Part shown: piece by piece, positions 16,530-25,926 of the stretch
Numbering within the stretch: the first letter of the stretch is position 1
Layout of the letters: the number at the start of each line of letters is the position of its first letter
Virus record (IMG/VR): IMGVR_UViG_3300032257_000563
Span: 1 to 35,336 of that record
Reading direction: 5' to 3' (one strand)
Source of the DNA: a virus
Lineage: Duplodnaviria; Caudoviricetes
Length of the DNA: 35,336 nt
Translations under genes and position numbers: made by a program
The notes under the pieces: model-generated
The model's database searches: none
What the model was told of the DNA's origin: nothing
The model's input: only the letters and a program-made list of their open reading frames with translations

Positions 16530-17750
16530 ATGTGGCCATTTAATAAAAGAGAAAACAAATCAACTGTAACATCTAAAGTCTTATTCGGTATGCTTGGATC
16601 AGCTCGTTGGAGTGGTAGACGATATACTGATTTTTCTAATGAAGGGTATATTCAGAATGCTGTTGCATTCAGGTGCATTAACCTGATCTCAAAAGGAGCT
16701 GCAAGTGTTGATTGGCAGTTAAAAAAATCAAATGGCAGTATAATTACTGAACATAAGTTATTGGATTTACTTCACCGTCCTAACCCTGTGGAAGGTGGAG
16801 CTGCATTTTTTGAAAAAATATTCTCATATTATTTAATAAGCGGTAATTGTTATATTCATAATCCTAATGAAGGTGGCAAACCAAAGGAATTATATACGTT
16901 AAGACCTGATCGTATTGAAGTGATTACTTCAAAAAGTGTTATGCCTACTGGCTATAAATATACAGTAGATGGAGTCGTTACAAAATTCCCTATAGATATA
17001 TTAACTGGGAAGAGTCAAATATTACATTGGAAGAGCTTTAACCCAATAGATGATTGGTATGGCTTATCTCCTATAGAAGCTGCTGCATATAGTATAGACC
17101 AGCATAATCAGGCTGGAGCATGGAATCAGTCACTATTACAAAACGGTGCTAGACCTAGTGGTGCATTGGTAGTTAAAACCGACAATGATACTGATGGGAG
17201 TCTAAGCGATGACCAATATACAAGATTAAAAAGTCAAATGGATGAGCAATACAGCGGTGCTGCTAATGCTGGTAGACCAATGTTGCTAGAGGGAGGACTT
17301 GATTGGAAAGAAATGAGTCTTTCACCTAAAGATATGGATTTTATTAATTCTAAACATACAAGTGCTAGAGATATAGCTTTAGCTTTTGGCGTTCCTCCTC
17401 AATTGTTAGGGATACCGGGTGATAATACATATAGTAATTTAGAAGAGGCAAGGCTTGCATTATGGGAGCAAACAATTCTTCCAATGCTGGATAACTTAGT
17501 TGACGAGATTAATAACTGGCTTACTCCTTTATATGGGGATGGAATAAAACTTTCTTATGATATGGATTCAATAGATGCTTTATCTCCAAGAAGACAAAAG
17601 AGATGGGAAAATATTGCGAATGCTGATTTTCTTACAATAGATGAAAAGCGTGAGGCGATTGGTAAAGAGCCAAAAGATGGAGGTGATGTAATTCTTGTGG
17701 ATTTCGGAAAAGTTCCTTTAGACCAAGTTGGACAGCAATCAGAAATATAA
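16530..17750 (+). CDS. HK97-family portal protein
   Basis: LL.RPNP, GLSPIEAA, NGARPSG, IALAFGVPPQLLG, TYSNLEEA. Confidence 0.96.
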   Translation: MWPFNKRENKSTVTSKVLFGMLGSARWSGRRYTDFSNEGYIQNAVAFRCINLISKGAASVDWQLKKSNGSIITEHKLLDLLHRPNPVEGGAAFFEKIFSYYLISGNCYIHNPNEGGKPKELYTLRPDRIEVITSKSVMPTGYKYTVDGVVTKFPIDILTGKSQILHWKSFNPIDDWYGLSPIEAAAYSIDQHNQAGAWNQSLLQNGARPSGALVVKTDNDTDGSLSDDQYTRLKSQMDEQYSGAANAGRPMLLEGGLDWKEMSLSPKDMDFINSKHTSARDIALAFGVPPQLLGIPGDNTYSNLEEARLALWEQTILPMLDNLVDEINNWLTPLYGDGIKLSYDMDSIDALSPRRQKRWENIANADFLTIDEKREAIGKEPKDGGDVILVDFGKVPLDQVGQQSEI

Positions 17751-19154
17751 ATGAAGTTGATAGTAAAAAACGAAAGGGATAGAAAAAATCTCTTGCGTGA
17801 TCATTTGCGTTTACAGAAGAAACATTCTGATGCAGCCACAAAAGAAATATTTACGGTTATGTCTAAGATGGGCAGTAGGGTTGCTCAAGCTTATGAGGAA
17901 GCTCCACAGGTAAATAGTGTGAGTATATCCATATCAGGACATATATTTAGTATAGAGAAGGTATTTAAGAAATTATATCAAGATGTGTTAAATCAATTTA
18001 GCTCAGGAATATTTAATAGTTTTAATAAAAAGCATTTGGAAATTAAAGGAACGCAACATACATTTGATAGTTTAGCTAATTCTTTCATTCGTAATAATGC
18101 ATTAAAGCAGGCAGAATTTGTAAGTAATACCACAACAAAAGAAATTATAAATATTATTAGAAAAGGTCAGTCAAATGGCTTACCCACTAGAGACATTGCT
18201 CAAAGAATAAAACAAGCAACAAGTGGTTCTATATCATTATCTAGAGCTAATATGATTGCGGTAACTGAAACGCATAATGCAGCATTATATGCAGGTCATG
18301 AATCAAGTAAGATTATAAGTAATGATTTTAATCTTGGTTTGCAAAAAGAATGGATGAGTGCAGAAGACGGTCGTGTACGTCCTTCTCATGCTATAACAGA
18401 TGGACAAAAACGCCATATAGATGATGACTTTGATGTTGGTGGGCAGAAAATGTCTAGACCCGGTGACGGAAAAGGTGGGGCAAATAACATAATAAGATGC
18501 AGATGTATTCTTGGTTATAAAAATCAAGAAGATATTAGAAACGAAGAGGAAAGACCTTCTGTTGAAAAATTGGATCGTGATGCTCGTAATCATGTAATGG
18601 CTTACGGCTCATTAACTGGGAATGAACATTTATATGTTTATGATTCTTTAAAAAGAAAGAGATTAGTTGCACATACTGATGGTGTGGTAAATAGTGTAAG
18701 TATTCCTAGAAATGTTGTGGCATTAGGTAGTAATAAAAAAAACGAAATTATTTTACATCATAACCATCCTAGCAGCTCTAGTTTAAGCGGAGCTGATATT
18801 GAATTAATAGGTAAGTTCGATGGCTTTAAAAGAATATATGCTCATGGACACAACGGTTCTCAATATTGGGCTGAAAAAGTTGATTATAGTAAAATAAAAG
18901 CTTATTATAAATCTACAGATATTATTGTAGAGCGTGCATTGGACTTATATATACAGAAGGGGAATAGGTATAACAACGGAATGTGGACTATCGCTACTCA
19001 TGCTCGTAATAAGGCTATTGCTGATGAAGGTCTAATGACATATGGTCATAAACTTTCAAAAGATAGTAAACGTTTAATGAAAAAACACGAAATACTCTAT
19101 GCAGAAATTTATAAGCGAGTGAGTATTTTTATTGGAGTTAAGAATGGAAGCTGA
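17751..19154 (+). CDS. MuF/SPP1 gp7 head protein with C-terminal JAB/MPN-like domain
   Basis: RA.MIA.TET, KEW...D.RVRPSH, RPGD...IRCRC; extension with EH...HNHPSSSSLSGAD. Confidence 0.85.
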   Translation: MKLIVKNERDRKNLLRDHLRLQKKHSDAATKEIFTVMSKMGSRVAQAYEEAPQVNSVSISISGHIFSIEKVFKKLYQDVLNQFSSGIFNSFNKKHLEIKGTQHTFDSLANSFIRNNALKQAEFVSNTTTKEIINIIRKGQSNGLPTRDIAQRIKQATSGSISLSRANMIAVTETHNAALYAGHESSKIISNDFNLGLQKEWMSAEDGRVRPSHAITDGQKRHIDDDFDVGGQKMSRPGDGKGGANNIIRCRCILGYKNQEDIRNEEERPSVEKLDRDARNHVMAYGSLTGNEHLYVYDSLKRKRLVAHTDGVVNSVSIPRNVVALGSNKKNEIILHHNHPSSSSLSGADIELIGKFDGFKRIYAHGHNGSQYWAEKVDYSKIKAYYKSTDIIVERALDLYIQKGNRYNNGMWTIATHARNKAIADEGLMTYGHKLSKDSKRLMKKHEILYAEIYKRVSIFIGVKNGS

Positions 19155-19314
19155 ATATTTAATAGACCCACCATCACCTTTTGAGTCTTTAGAGGTTCAA
19201 GAGGGGTTTTTAGATGATATGAAAAAATTACTGGAAGAAAGTCCAAATAATACCAATGTTCGTGAAATAATTAATGCAACAGAAGAAATAATAAAAACAT
19301 TAAAGAATAAATAA
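19144..19314 (+). CDS. Small acidic protein, candidate immunity/partner of MuF-JAB
   Basis: 56 aa from ATG 19144 with GGAG RBS; overlaps the MuF stop; followed by a terminator. Confidence 0.6.
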   Translation: MEAEYLIDPPSPFESLEVQEGFLDDMKKLLEESPNNTNVREIINATEEIIKTLKNK

Positions 19315-19336
19315 CTGAAATAAACAGATGCTTTTG

Positions 19337-19364
19337 AAGGTCGTCATTTAGGCGGCCTTTTTTT
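19337..19364 (+). terminator. Intrinsic terminator
   Basis: AAGGTCGTC-ATTTA-GGCGGCCTT followed by a T tract. Confidence 0.75.
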
Positions 19365-19377
19365 ATGCGAGGAATTT

Positions 19378-20019
19378 ATGGAAAACTGCAATTTTGATAC
19401 CACTTTAGAAATCAAAAATATTGATGAGACAGGTTCTTTTACAGGATATGCAAGCATTTTTGATGTTGTTGATAGCCATAATGATGTTGTTGCTCAGGGT
19501 GCTTTTAAAAATATAAAAAAATATGAAAAAGGTGATGTTAAGCTTTTATGGCAACATCGCCCTGATGAACCCATCGGAGTTATAGAAAATATTAAAGAAG
19601 ACGGTAAAGGACTTCACATAGAGGGTAAACTTTTACTTGAGGTGAGGCAAGGTAAAGAGGCTTATACTCTGTTGAAATCTGGTGCAATGAAAGGGTTAAG
19701 TATTGGGTATAATGTTAATGATTACGATATAGATCGTAAAACTAACATACGCAATTTAAAATCAGTGGATTTATGGGAAATAAGTCTAGTTACATTTCCA
19801 GCTAATGGCCATGCATCCATAACATCAATAAAGTCACAATTGCCAAAAACAGAAAGAGAATTTGAAACATTCCTGCGGGATGCAGGATTTAGCCGCAAAC
19901 ACTCCAAAGAGATTACTAGCGGTGGCTTTATTGTTGAGTCTGTACTGCGGGATGCAGATGAGACAAAGGCAATTACTGAAAAAATAGACAGTTTAATAAA
20001 TAATTTAAAAGGAAAATAA
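19378..20019 (+). CDS. HK97-family prohead protease
   Basis: GYASIF, LLWQH, GLSIGY, LWEISLVTFPAN. Confidence 0.96.
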   Translation: MENCNFDTTLEIKNIDETGSFTGYASIFDVVDSHNDVVAQGAFKNIKKYEKGDVKLLWQHRPDEPIGVIENIKEDGKGLHIEGKLLLEVRQGKEAYTLLKSGAMKGLSIGYNVNDYDIDRKTNIRNLKSVDLWEISLVTFPANGHASITSIKSQLPKTEREFETFLRDAGFSRKHSKEITSGGFIVESVLRDADETKAITEKIDSLINNLKGK

Positions 20020-20021
20020 TA

Positions 20022-21203
20022 ATGACTGAAATTATGAAAAAAATGGAAGAAATTAGCTCAGCATTTGAGGAATTCAAATCTACTAACGATAACCGAATTA
20101 GTAAAATTGAAAAGAAAGGTTCTGCTGATCCGCTACTGGAAGTAAAACTAGATAAAATCAATGAAGAAATAGATAAGAAAACTTCTGAAATAGAAGCTCT
20201 CCAAACTGCAATTAATCGTCCTTCAGGTGGTAACGACACAAAAAATAAGAATGATGAGGAGGTATTAGAATATAAAGAAGCTTTCTGTAGTTACCTACGC
20301 AGAGGAACTGAAGTTGGCCTTGAACAGAAAGCTCTGTCTGTAGGTTCTGATCCTGATGGAGGGTATTTAGTAACTCCTACTATATCATCGGAAGTGATTA
20401 AGAAAGTCAATGAAACTACTCCAATGAGGCAACTTGCTTCTGTAGAAACAATTTCATCTGATACTCTTGAAATAGCCATTGATAGAGAGGATGCAGGTGC
20501 AATCTGGTCGGGAGGCGAGAAAGCTCCTGTAAATGATAGTGCAACTCCTACTTTTGGAAAGCAAAGTATTGATACTCATGAGTTAGTTGCACAGCCTAAA
20601 GCTACTCAAAAGCTTATTGATGATGCAAACATAGATATTGAATCGTGGCTAGCTGGAAAATTATCCGATAAATTTTCTCGTAGTGAAAATACAGGATTTA
20701 TAAAAGGTCCGGGCATTGGTCAACCACGTGGTATTTTAACCTATAGTGACGGCACTGGATGGGGTCAGATAGAGCAGATTAATAGTGGAGTTTCTGCTGG
20801 ATTTACCTTTGATTCATTCATTAATTTGATATATTCATTGAAAGAAGAATATGCCGATCGTTCAACATTTTTAATGCATAGAAATGCTGAAAAAAATGCT
20901 AGAAAACTTAAAGATTCTAACGGTCAATATATATGGCAACCCTCTTTAGTAGCGGGTACACCCAATACGATATTAGGACGCCCAGTTCGTACAGGTTCAG
21001 ACATGAATGATGTTGGTGCAGGAACTCTTTCAGTTGCTATTGCTGATTTCGCTAAAGCTTATCAAATTGTTGATCGTACAAGCATTAGAATTTTAAGAGA
21101 CCCTTATACTGAGAAGCCATTTATTAAATTCTACGCCACTAAACGCGTGGGCGGTGGTGTTAAAGACTTTGATGCAATCAAACTTATGAAATTGGCGGCT
21201 TAA
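20022..21203 (+). CDS. HK97-family major capsid protein
   Basis: N-terminal coiled-coil delta domain, DGGYLV, ATQKLIDD, LRDPYT.KPFIKFYATKRVGG. Confidence 0.96.
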   Translation: MTEIMKKMEEISSAFEEFKSTNDNRISKIEKKGSADPLLEVKLDKINEEIDKKTSEIEALQTAINRPSGGNDTKNKNDEEVLEYKEAFCSYLRRGTEVGLEQKALSVGSDPDGGYLVTPTISSEVIKKVNETTPMRQLASVETISSDTLEIAIDREDAGAIWSGGEKAPVNDSATPTFGKQSIDTHELVAQPKATQKLIDDANIDIESWLAGKLSDKFSRSENTGFIKGPGIGQPRGILTYSDGTGWGQIEQINSGVSAGFTFDSFINLIYSLKEEYADRSTFLMHRNAEKNARKLKDSNGQYIWQPSLVAGTPNTILGRPVRTGSDMNDVGAGTLSVAIADFAKAYQIVDRTSIRILRDPYTEKPFIKFYATKRVGGGVKDFDAIKLMKLAA

Positions 21204-21209
21204 ATATTT

Positions 21210-21234
21210 GGGGCGAAGAAATTCGCCCTATTTT
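21210..21234 (+). terminator. Hairpin / weak terminator after the capsid gene
   Basis: GGGCGAA-GAAA-TTCGCCC-TATTTT. Confidence 0.55.
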
Positions 21235-21258
21235 CAAACTTATTAAAAAGGTAAAATT

Positions 21259-21663
21259 ATGCGTGATGTAGTAAATAATATATTGGCTAGGGTTGCAATC
21301 CCTGCTACTGCAATAACAACAAATACAACTGTTAATGGCCTTGTCATCGATACTCAGGGAATGATTGGTGGTGGCTTTCTTATTCAAAGTGCAACAATAA
21401 CAGATGGCACATTCACTCCTGTTATTAAAGAAAGTGATGATCCTGGTATGTCTGGTGAAACGGATGTTCCAGATTTAGGGTTGTCTGTAACTGAGGCTAG
21501 TATAGCTTTTGTCGCAGCAGATGATAATACGGTTAAGAAAATTAACGTAGAGAATTCTAAACGTTTCATAACAATTGATATAGGTTCTACTGCGGTTACA
21601 ACAGGTGGAACTATAGGTGCAACCTATGTTGCTATGCCTTCTCAATTACCAGCAGGTACTTAA
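21259..21663 (+). CDS. Putative capsid decoration/cement protein
   Basis: Thr/Gly-rich beta protein directly after the capsid gene. Confidence 0.6.
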   Translation: MRDVVNNILARVAIPATAITTNTTVNGLVIDTQGMIGGGFLIQSATITDGTFTPVIKESDDPGMSGETDVPDLGLSVTEASIAFVAADDNTVKKINVENSKRFITIDIGSTAVTTGGTIGATYVAMPSQLPAGT

Positions 21664-21670
21664 TAAATTT

Positions 21671-21698
21671 TAGGCGGAGTTTCGATTCCGCCTATTTT
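21671..21698 (+). terminator. Intrinsic terminator
   Basis: TAGGCGGAGT-TTCG-ATTCCGCCTA-TTTT. Confidence 0.7.
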
Positions 21699-21712
21699 AC
21701 TCAGGAGTTATT

Positions 21713-22057
21713 ATGAATAAAGTAAAAATGTTAAAAACTACGAAAGGTATGAATATCCAGCCAATTGTAGAGGTTTTTAAAAAAGATGGAATATATTCCA
21801 TTAGTGATGAATTGCTTGCAATTTTTATTGATATGGAAGCTGTTGAAATGGTGGAAGATGAAGATGAAAGCAGAGAACTTTCTGAAGAAGAAAAGATTGA
21901 GCTTGTAATTATCGCTATTGGAGATTTAGATACTGAAGATACGTCGAATTTTACTAAATCAGGAGTTCCGCATGCAATAATACTTTCAGAAAAATGCGGT
22001 TTTGAAGTAAGTGCAGATTTACGTGATAAGGCTTTCAACTCTTTAGCTAAAGAGTAA
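21713..22057 (+). CDS. Hypothetical head-module protein (two small domains)
   Basis: AGGAG RBS; C-terminal FTKSG.P...LS...G..VSA..RD.A pattern; lies between capsid and connector genes. Confidence 0.7.
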   Translation: MNKVKMLKTTKGMNIQPIVEVFKKDGIYSISDELLAIFIDMEAVEMVEDEDESRELSEEEKIELVIIAIGDLDTEDTSNFTKSGVPHAIILSEKCGFEVSADLRDKAFNSLAKE

Positions 22058-22059
22058 TA

Positions 22060-22584
22060 ATGCCTAAATCTCTTATTACTCCTCCCGCTACAGAGCCTAT
22101 TACACTTGCAGAAGCAAAAGCGCATTTAAGGATTGATTCAAGTGACGAAGACGTTTGGATAAATTCAGCAATTATATCCGCCAGAATGATGGTTGAGTTA
22201 TATCTGCGTCGTTATTTGATAACTCAGACATGGATGTTATCATACGATAATGAGACTCCTATAGAAATAGATTTAACGGAAGGTATTCAATCAATTTCTA
22301 GCGTTAAAATTATAGCAAGAGATGCAATGGAAACTATCATAGATAGTGCTGATTACTATTTAGGTGCGGGCAAGAAGAAACTCTATTTTGATAATGTTTT
22401 AAGCGGTCATAGAATAGAAATCACCTATGATGTAGGATATGGTTCTGCTGTTAATGTTCCTGATGATATTAAGCAGGGGATATTGATGCACATTGCTGAT
22501 TTATATGAAAATAGAGGTGATAATATATCAATGTCTAAATCTGTTTTAAACTTATTATTTCCACATAGAATTATATATATATGA
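22060..22584 (+). CDS. Head-tail connector (gp6-like)
   Basis: EPITLAEAKAHLRID, ITQTW, VP.DIKQGIL...LYENRG. Confidence 0.92.
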   Translation: MPKSLITPPATEPITLAEAKAHLRIDSSDEDVWINSAIISARMMVELYLRRYLITQTWMLSYDNETPIEIDLTEGIQSISSVKIIARDAMETIIDSADYYLGAGKKKLYFDNVLSGHRIEITYDVGYGSAVNVPDDIKQGILMHIADLYENRGDNISMSKSVLNLLFPHRIIYI

Positions 22585-22910
22585 AAATATCTGATTTAAA
22601 TAAGCGCATTGAACTTCAATCATTTACAGATGTAAGGTCAAGTGGTGGAGCGCATACAAAATCATGGACTACATACGCAACTGTTTGGGCTAAAATTAAA
22701 CCTAGGCATAAAACAGAAATATTTCAAGGAAGAAATAACCTTCCAGTAACAGATCATAAAATAACAATTAGGTATAGAACAGGAGTTGAGGGAAAACATC
22801 GTATAAAATACGGAACTAGATATATGGATATAAAATCAATAATAAATATTGATGAAGCAAGTAAATTCATTGAGTTAGAAGTTATGGAGAACAGTAGAGC
22901 AGAATTATGA
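22581..22910 (+). CDS. Head closure protein (SPP1 gp16-like)
   Basis: LNKRIELQ, W...ATVWAKI.P, KITIRYR. Confidence 0.9.
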   Translation: MKISDLNKRIELQSFTDVRSSGGAHTKSWTTYATVWAKIKPRHKTEIFQGRNNLPVTDHKITIRYRTGVEGKHRIKYGTRYMDIKSIINIDEASKFIELEVMENSRAEL

Positions 22911-23380
22911 AAGGCTCAAGAGTTCTTAATGTTCAAGGTGTAAAAAATACAATTAAAAATAAAATACCAAAGGAAATTGAAAAAGAAGTCGAAAAAACTA
23001 TTGCAGAGTCTTTATTACGGATTGAAACAAGAGCAAAAAGTAAAGTACAGAAAGGTCCAGCAACTGGTAAAGTTTATAAAAGAGGTGATAAAACTCATGT
23101 TGCTTCTGCTCCCGGTCAATCTCCTGCAACTGATACAGGTCGATTAGTTTCAAACATAAAACATTTAGTATTTAAAGGAAAAATTGGCGGTGAAGTTGGA
23201 GTTTTCGGAGCTATTGATGGTGAAAAACAAAATTATGGGCTTGCGTTAGAGCTTGGAACTAGTACAATCCTTGCTAGACCATTCTTATTCCCTGCTTTTG
23301 AAGAATTTAAGCCAGAGATAAGGAAGAAAATTAATAGAGCAATTAGAAGGGCTGCTATAAATGCCAGAAGACGAAAATAA
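22907..23380 (+). CDS. HK97 gp10-like neck/tail completion protein
   Basis: ASAPGQSPATDTGRL, LELGT....ARPFLFPA. Confidence 0.88.
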   Translation: MKGSRVLNVQGVKNTIKNKIPKEIEKEVEKTIAESLLRIETRAKSKVQKGPATGKVYKRGDKTHVASAPGQSPATDTGRLVSNIKHLVFKGKIGGEVGVFGAIDGEKQNYGLALELGTSTILARPFLFPAFEEFKPEIRKKINRAIRRAAINARRRK

Positions 23381-23558
23381 TAATATTGTAGATATTAATA
23401 AGAATCAAAAACCAGATAATGAAAATAGTGGTTTAAGTTTTTCTATAAATGTTGAGATGTTATTTGGTGACGATGATGAAATAATTGGTCATTCCTTGAA
23501 TGGTGAAAAAGAATATTTAGAAAAATCAGAAATAATAAAGTTTCCTAAAGACAGTTAA
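23361..23558 (+). CDS. Small acidic hypothetical protein
   Basis: Fills the gap between gp10-like and tail terminator genes in operon orientation. Confidence 0.5.
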   Translation: MPEDENNNIVDINKNQKPDNENSGLSFSINVEMLFGDDDEIIGHSLNGEKEYLEKSEIIKFPKDS

Positions 23559-23560
23559 TT

Positions 23561-23977
23561 ATGAGTGCATATAGCCCCTTTGAGGTTCAGAAAGCCATTG
23601 ATGTGGCACTTCTGGCAAACAGTATAATTGCGTCCTTATGTGGGGATAAAATATATAGTAATCCTGAATTAATAGAAGATAAACAATTTCCATACATCAT
23701 AATTGGAGACCAAACATCTAACAATTGGGATACTAAAACCAGTAACGGGATGGATGTAACAACTACATTGCATTGTTATTCAGATACTGGAAATGATGAA
23801 CAATGTCACGATCTACTTGATGCTATTTATGATACGCTACATAGAGGTAGCCTTACATTAACAACTAATGAGTTGGTAAAACTTTCCTTTGATGGATTCT
23901 TAAAAATAGTTCCTGAAGATTCTGGTAGAATCTATCACGGAGCGATAAGATTTCGAGCATTAACAACTGAGATATAA
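23561..23977 (+). CDS. Tail terminator (DUF3168)
   Basis: VQKAI...L, FPYIIIGD...WDTKT..G, YHGAIRFRA. Confidence 0.88.
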   Translation: MSAYSPFEVQKAIDVALLANSIIASLCGDKIYSNPELIEDKQFPYIIIGDQTSNNWDTKTSNGMDVTTTLHCYSDTGNDEQCHDLLDAIYDTLHRGSLTLTTNELVKLSFDGFLKIVPEDSGRIYHGAIRFRALTTEI

Positions 23978-23978
23978 A

Positions 23979-24659
23979 ATGATAGAGAAAATATTTGATT
24001 CAAAAAAGCCAGTTTATATAGTTGGTGGCGGTACATCCCTTCGTGGTTTTGATTTTTCATTACTTGATAAGAAGCAGCATATAGCAGTCAATGCCGCAAT
24101 GTATGACTGCCATAATGCACAAATAGGCTTCTTTGCAGATAAGAGGTTTTATAATGATTTTGGTATGAGTTTATGGAATTTCCGTAATCCTAAAGGTGAT
24201 CCATATAACAAAAATGACGGAATTATCTATACAACATTTGAGGGTGCAAATGATGATTCTTGGAGCGATTCAAGAACTGTTATTATTGATTCAGAGAATG
24301 AAAGTATTTTTAGTAAGAAGATACTAGGTAGCTTTAGTAATTCAGGCTTAATGGCTATTAATCTAGCTTACTTATTGGGTGCAAGAAAAATATATTTATT
24401 GGGGTTTGATTGCTCTAATACTGGTGAGCACGATAGGTATCATACTAGATATAAACGTAAAATTTCAGAAGACAGCTATGCAAAGATGATTAAGGATTTT
24501 AAAGAATTATCATCATACATAAATAAGAACGTGAAAGACTTAGAAATAACTAATATCTCAGAAAATAGCTTGCTAAATGTCTTCCCTAGAATTCCATACA
24601 AAGACGTTTTTAATAACAAAATAAGGAGTAAGAAAAATGGCAACATTGGCAGAAACTAG
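23979..24659 (+). CDS. Glycosyltransferase-like protein (Maf/MptE-like, sialyltransferase-type Rossmann fold)
   Basis: VYIVGGGTSL, IAVN, NSGLMAINLAYLLGARKIYLLGFDC...YH, ITNIS..S.L.VFP. Confidence 0.7.
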   Translation: MIEKIFDSKKPVYIVGGGTSLRGFDFSLLDKKQHIAVNAAMYDCHNAQIGFFADKRFYNDFGMSLWNFRNPKGDPYNKNDGIIYTTFEGANDDSWSDSRTVIIDSENESIFSKKILGSFSNSGLMAINLAYLLGARKIYLLGFDCSNTGEHDRYHTRYKRKISEDSYAKMIKDFKELSSYINKNVKDLEITNISENSLLNVFPRIPYKDVFNNKIRSKKNGNIGRN

Positions 24660-25005
24660 TCTAGCTGAAGCGGGAACAAACGACCTTGAATCTCTCTTGG
24701 CTGCTGCTGCAGGTGGTGGCGATCAATTCAAATATGCTGACAATAGGGCGTTAGTTGTAAAAAATAGTGATGCTTCATCTAAAACAATTACTATAACCGC
24801 TCAATCAACTAGTACAAGAAAATCTGGATATGGAACTGTTACTAAAGCAAGTAAAGCATTAGTAGTAGCGGCAGGGAAAATTGCAGTCTTTCCATTCTTG
24901 GAATTAACTGCCTTTAAAGATGCTAATAATTTTGTTCAAGTAACATATAGTGCAGTAACATCCGTCACAGTGGGTGTAATAGAATTCCCAAAATTAAATA
25001 ATTAA
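24637..25005 (+). CDS. Putative virion structural/decoration protein
   Basis: Ala/Thr-rich; AAGGGDQF...LVVKN.DAS.KTITI...VQVTYS; AAGGAG RBS; terminator follows. Confidence 0.6.
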   Translation: MATLAETSLAEAGTNDLESLLAAAAGGGDQFKYADNRALVVKNSDASSKTITITAQSTSTRKSGYGTVTKASKALVVAAGKIAVFPFLELTAFKDANNFVQVTYSAVTSVTVGVIEFPKLNN

Positions 25006-25033
25006 TACTAACTAAAAATAACTAATCAATTCG

Positions 25034-25058
25034 ACCTGCCATTTTGGTGGGTTTTTTT
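25034..25058 (+). terminator. Intrinsic terminator
   Basis: ACCTGCCA-TTT-TGGTGGGT followed by a T tract. Confidence 0.7.
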
Positions 25059-25086
25059 ATGTCAATTCAATTAAAAGGAAAATACA

Positions 25087-25497
25087 ATGGTACATTATGA
25101 TAGTAATAAATTTCTACTTCAAAAAGGTGATGGTGGGGGAATTGAAGTTTTTACAGATGTTGCTTCACTAACTGATGTGTCAATTAGTGGAGGCTTATCC
25201 CCTGTTGATGTTAGTAGCAAAAGTGACAATGGAAATCCTAATCTACTTGATGGTACTGGTAAGATCTCGTTTAGTGTTAGCGGTGGAGGAAGGGCAAATG
25301 ATTCTGTAAACATGGCAGCATTACGTACTGATTTTCTTGCTAGATCCGCTGGCAATTATAGAATTATAAATACTGCATCAGGAAAGTATTATGCTGGCTC
25401 ATTCATGATAGATTCTTTTGATGAATCTGGAGCGCAAGATGATGCTCTTGCATTCACAATTAATCTCTCTGCGGCTAGCGCAATAACTTTTGTATAG
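25087..25497 (+). CDS. Major tail tube protein (TP901-1/GTA-like)
   Basis: GDGG..EVF, VDVSSK.D, SFSVSGGG, G.F.I.SF...G..DD..FTI.L. Confidence 0.85.
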   Translation: MVHYDSNKFLLQKGDGGGIEVFTDVASLTDVSISGGLSPVDVSSKSDNGNPNLLDGTGKISFSVSGGGRANDSVNMAALRTDFLARSAGNYRIINTASGKYYAGSFMIDSFDESGAQDDALAFTINLSAASAITFV

Positions 25498-25506
25498 GGA
25501 AAAAAT

Positions 25507-25926
25507 ATGACTAGGGATACAAAATCATTGGATGATTTATTTTGTGAATATGAAATTAAGCTGGACAATAAAAACTATACTCTAAAAGGAACGCCAAAAG
25601 CTCTAATTTCTGTAGAAAAAAAGTTCGGTGCATTGAATACAATTTTGTCGAAAGAATTAACGATTGAAGAAAATGCATTTATTATTTTTCATTGCATAAA
25701 AGATGGAGGAGAAGATAGTTTGGAATTAGATGAAATTCAAGCATGTCTTTTGTCAAATAATTACGCAGATTCTATTTGGGATATTAAGAAGTTTATAGTT
25801 CTATGTTGTTCCAGCCCTAAAGACAGAGAAGAAACTGGAAAAAAGTTCGACAGTCGGAGGGTAATAATGGAGCAAGCAGCAAATCTTCAGATATTACAGA
25901 TAGCTTCTTCCCTTGGCGAAGCATAA
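25507..25926 (+). CDS. Tail assembly chaperone (G)
   Basis: Lies between tube and tape measure genes; contains slippery A AAA AAG at 25839-25845. Confidence 0.8.
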   Translation: MTRDTKSLDDLFCEYEIKLDNKNYTLKGTPKALISVEKKFGALNTILSKELTIEENAFIIFHCIKDGGEDSLELDEIQACLLSNNYADSIWDIKKFIVLCCSSPKDREETGKKFDSRRVIMEQAANLQILQIASSLGEA

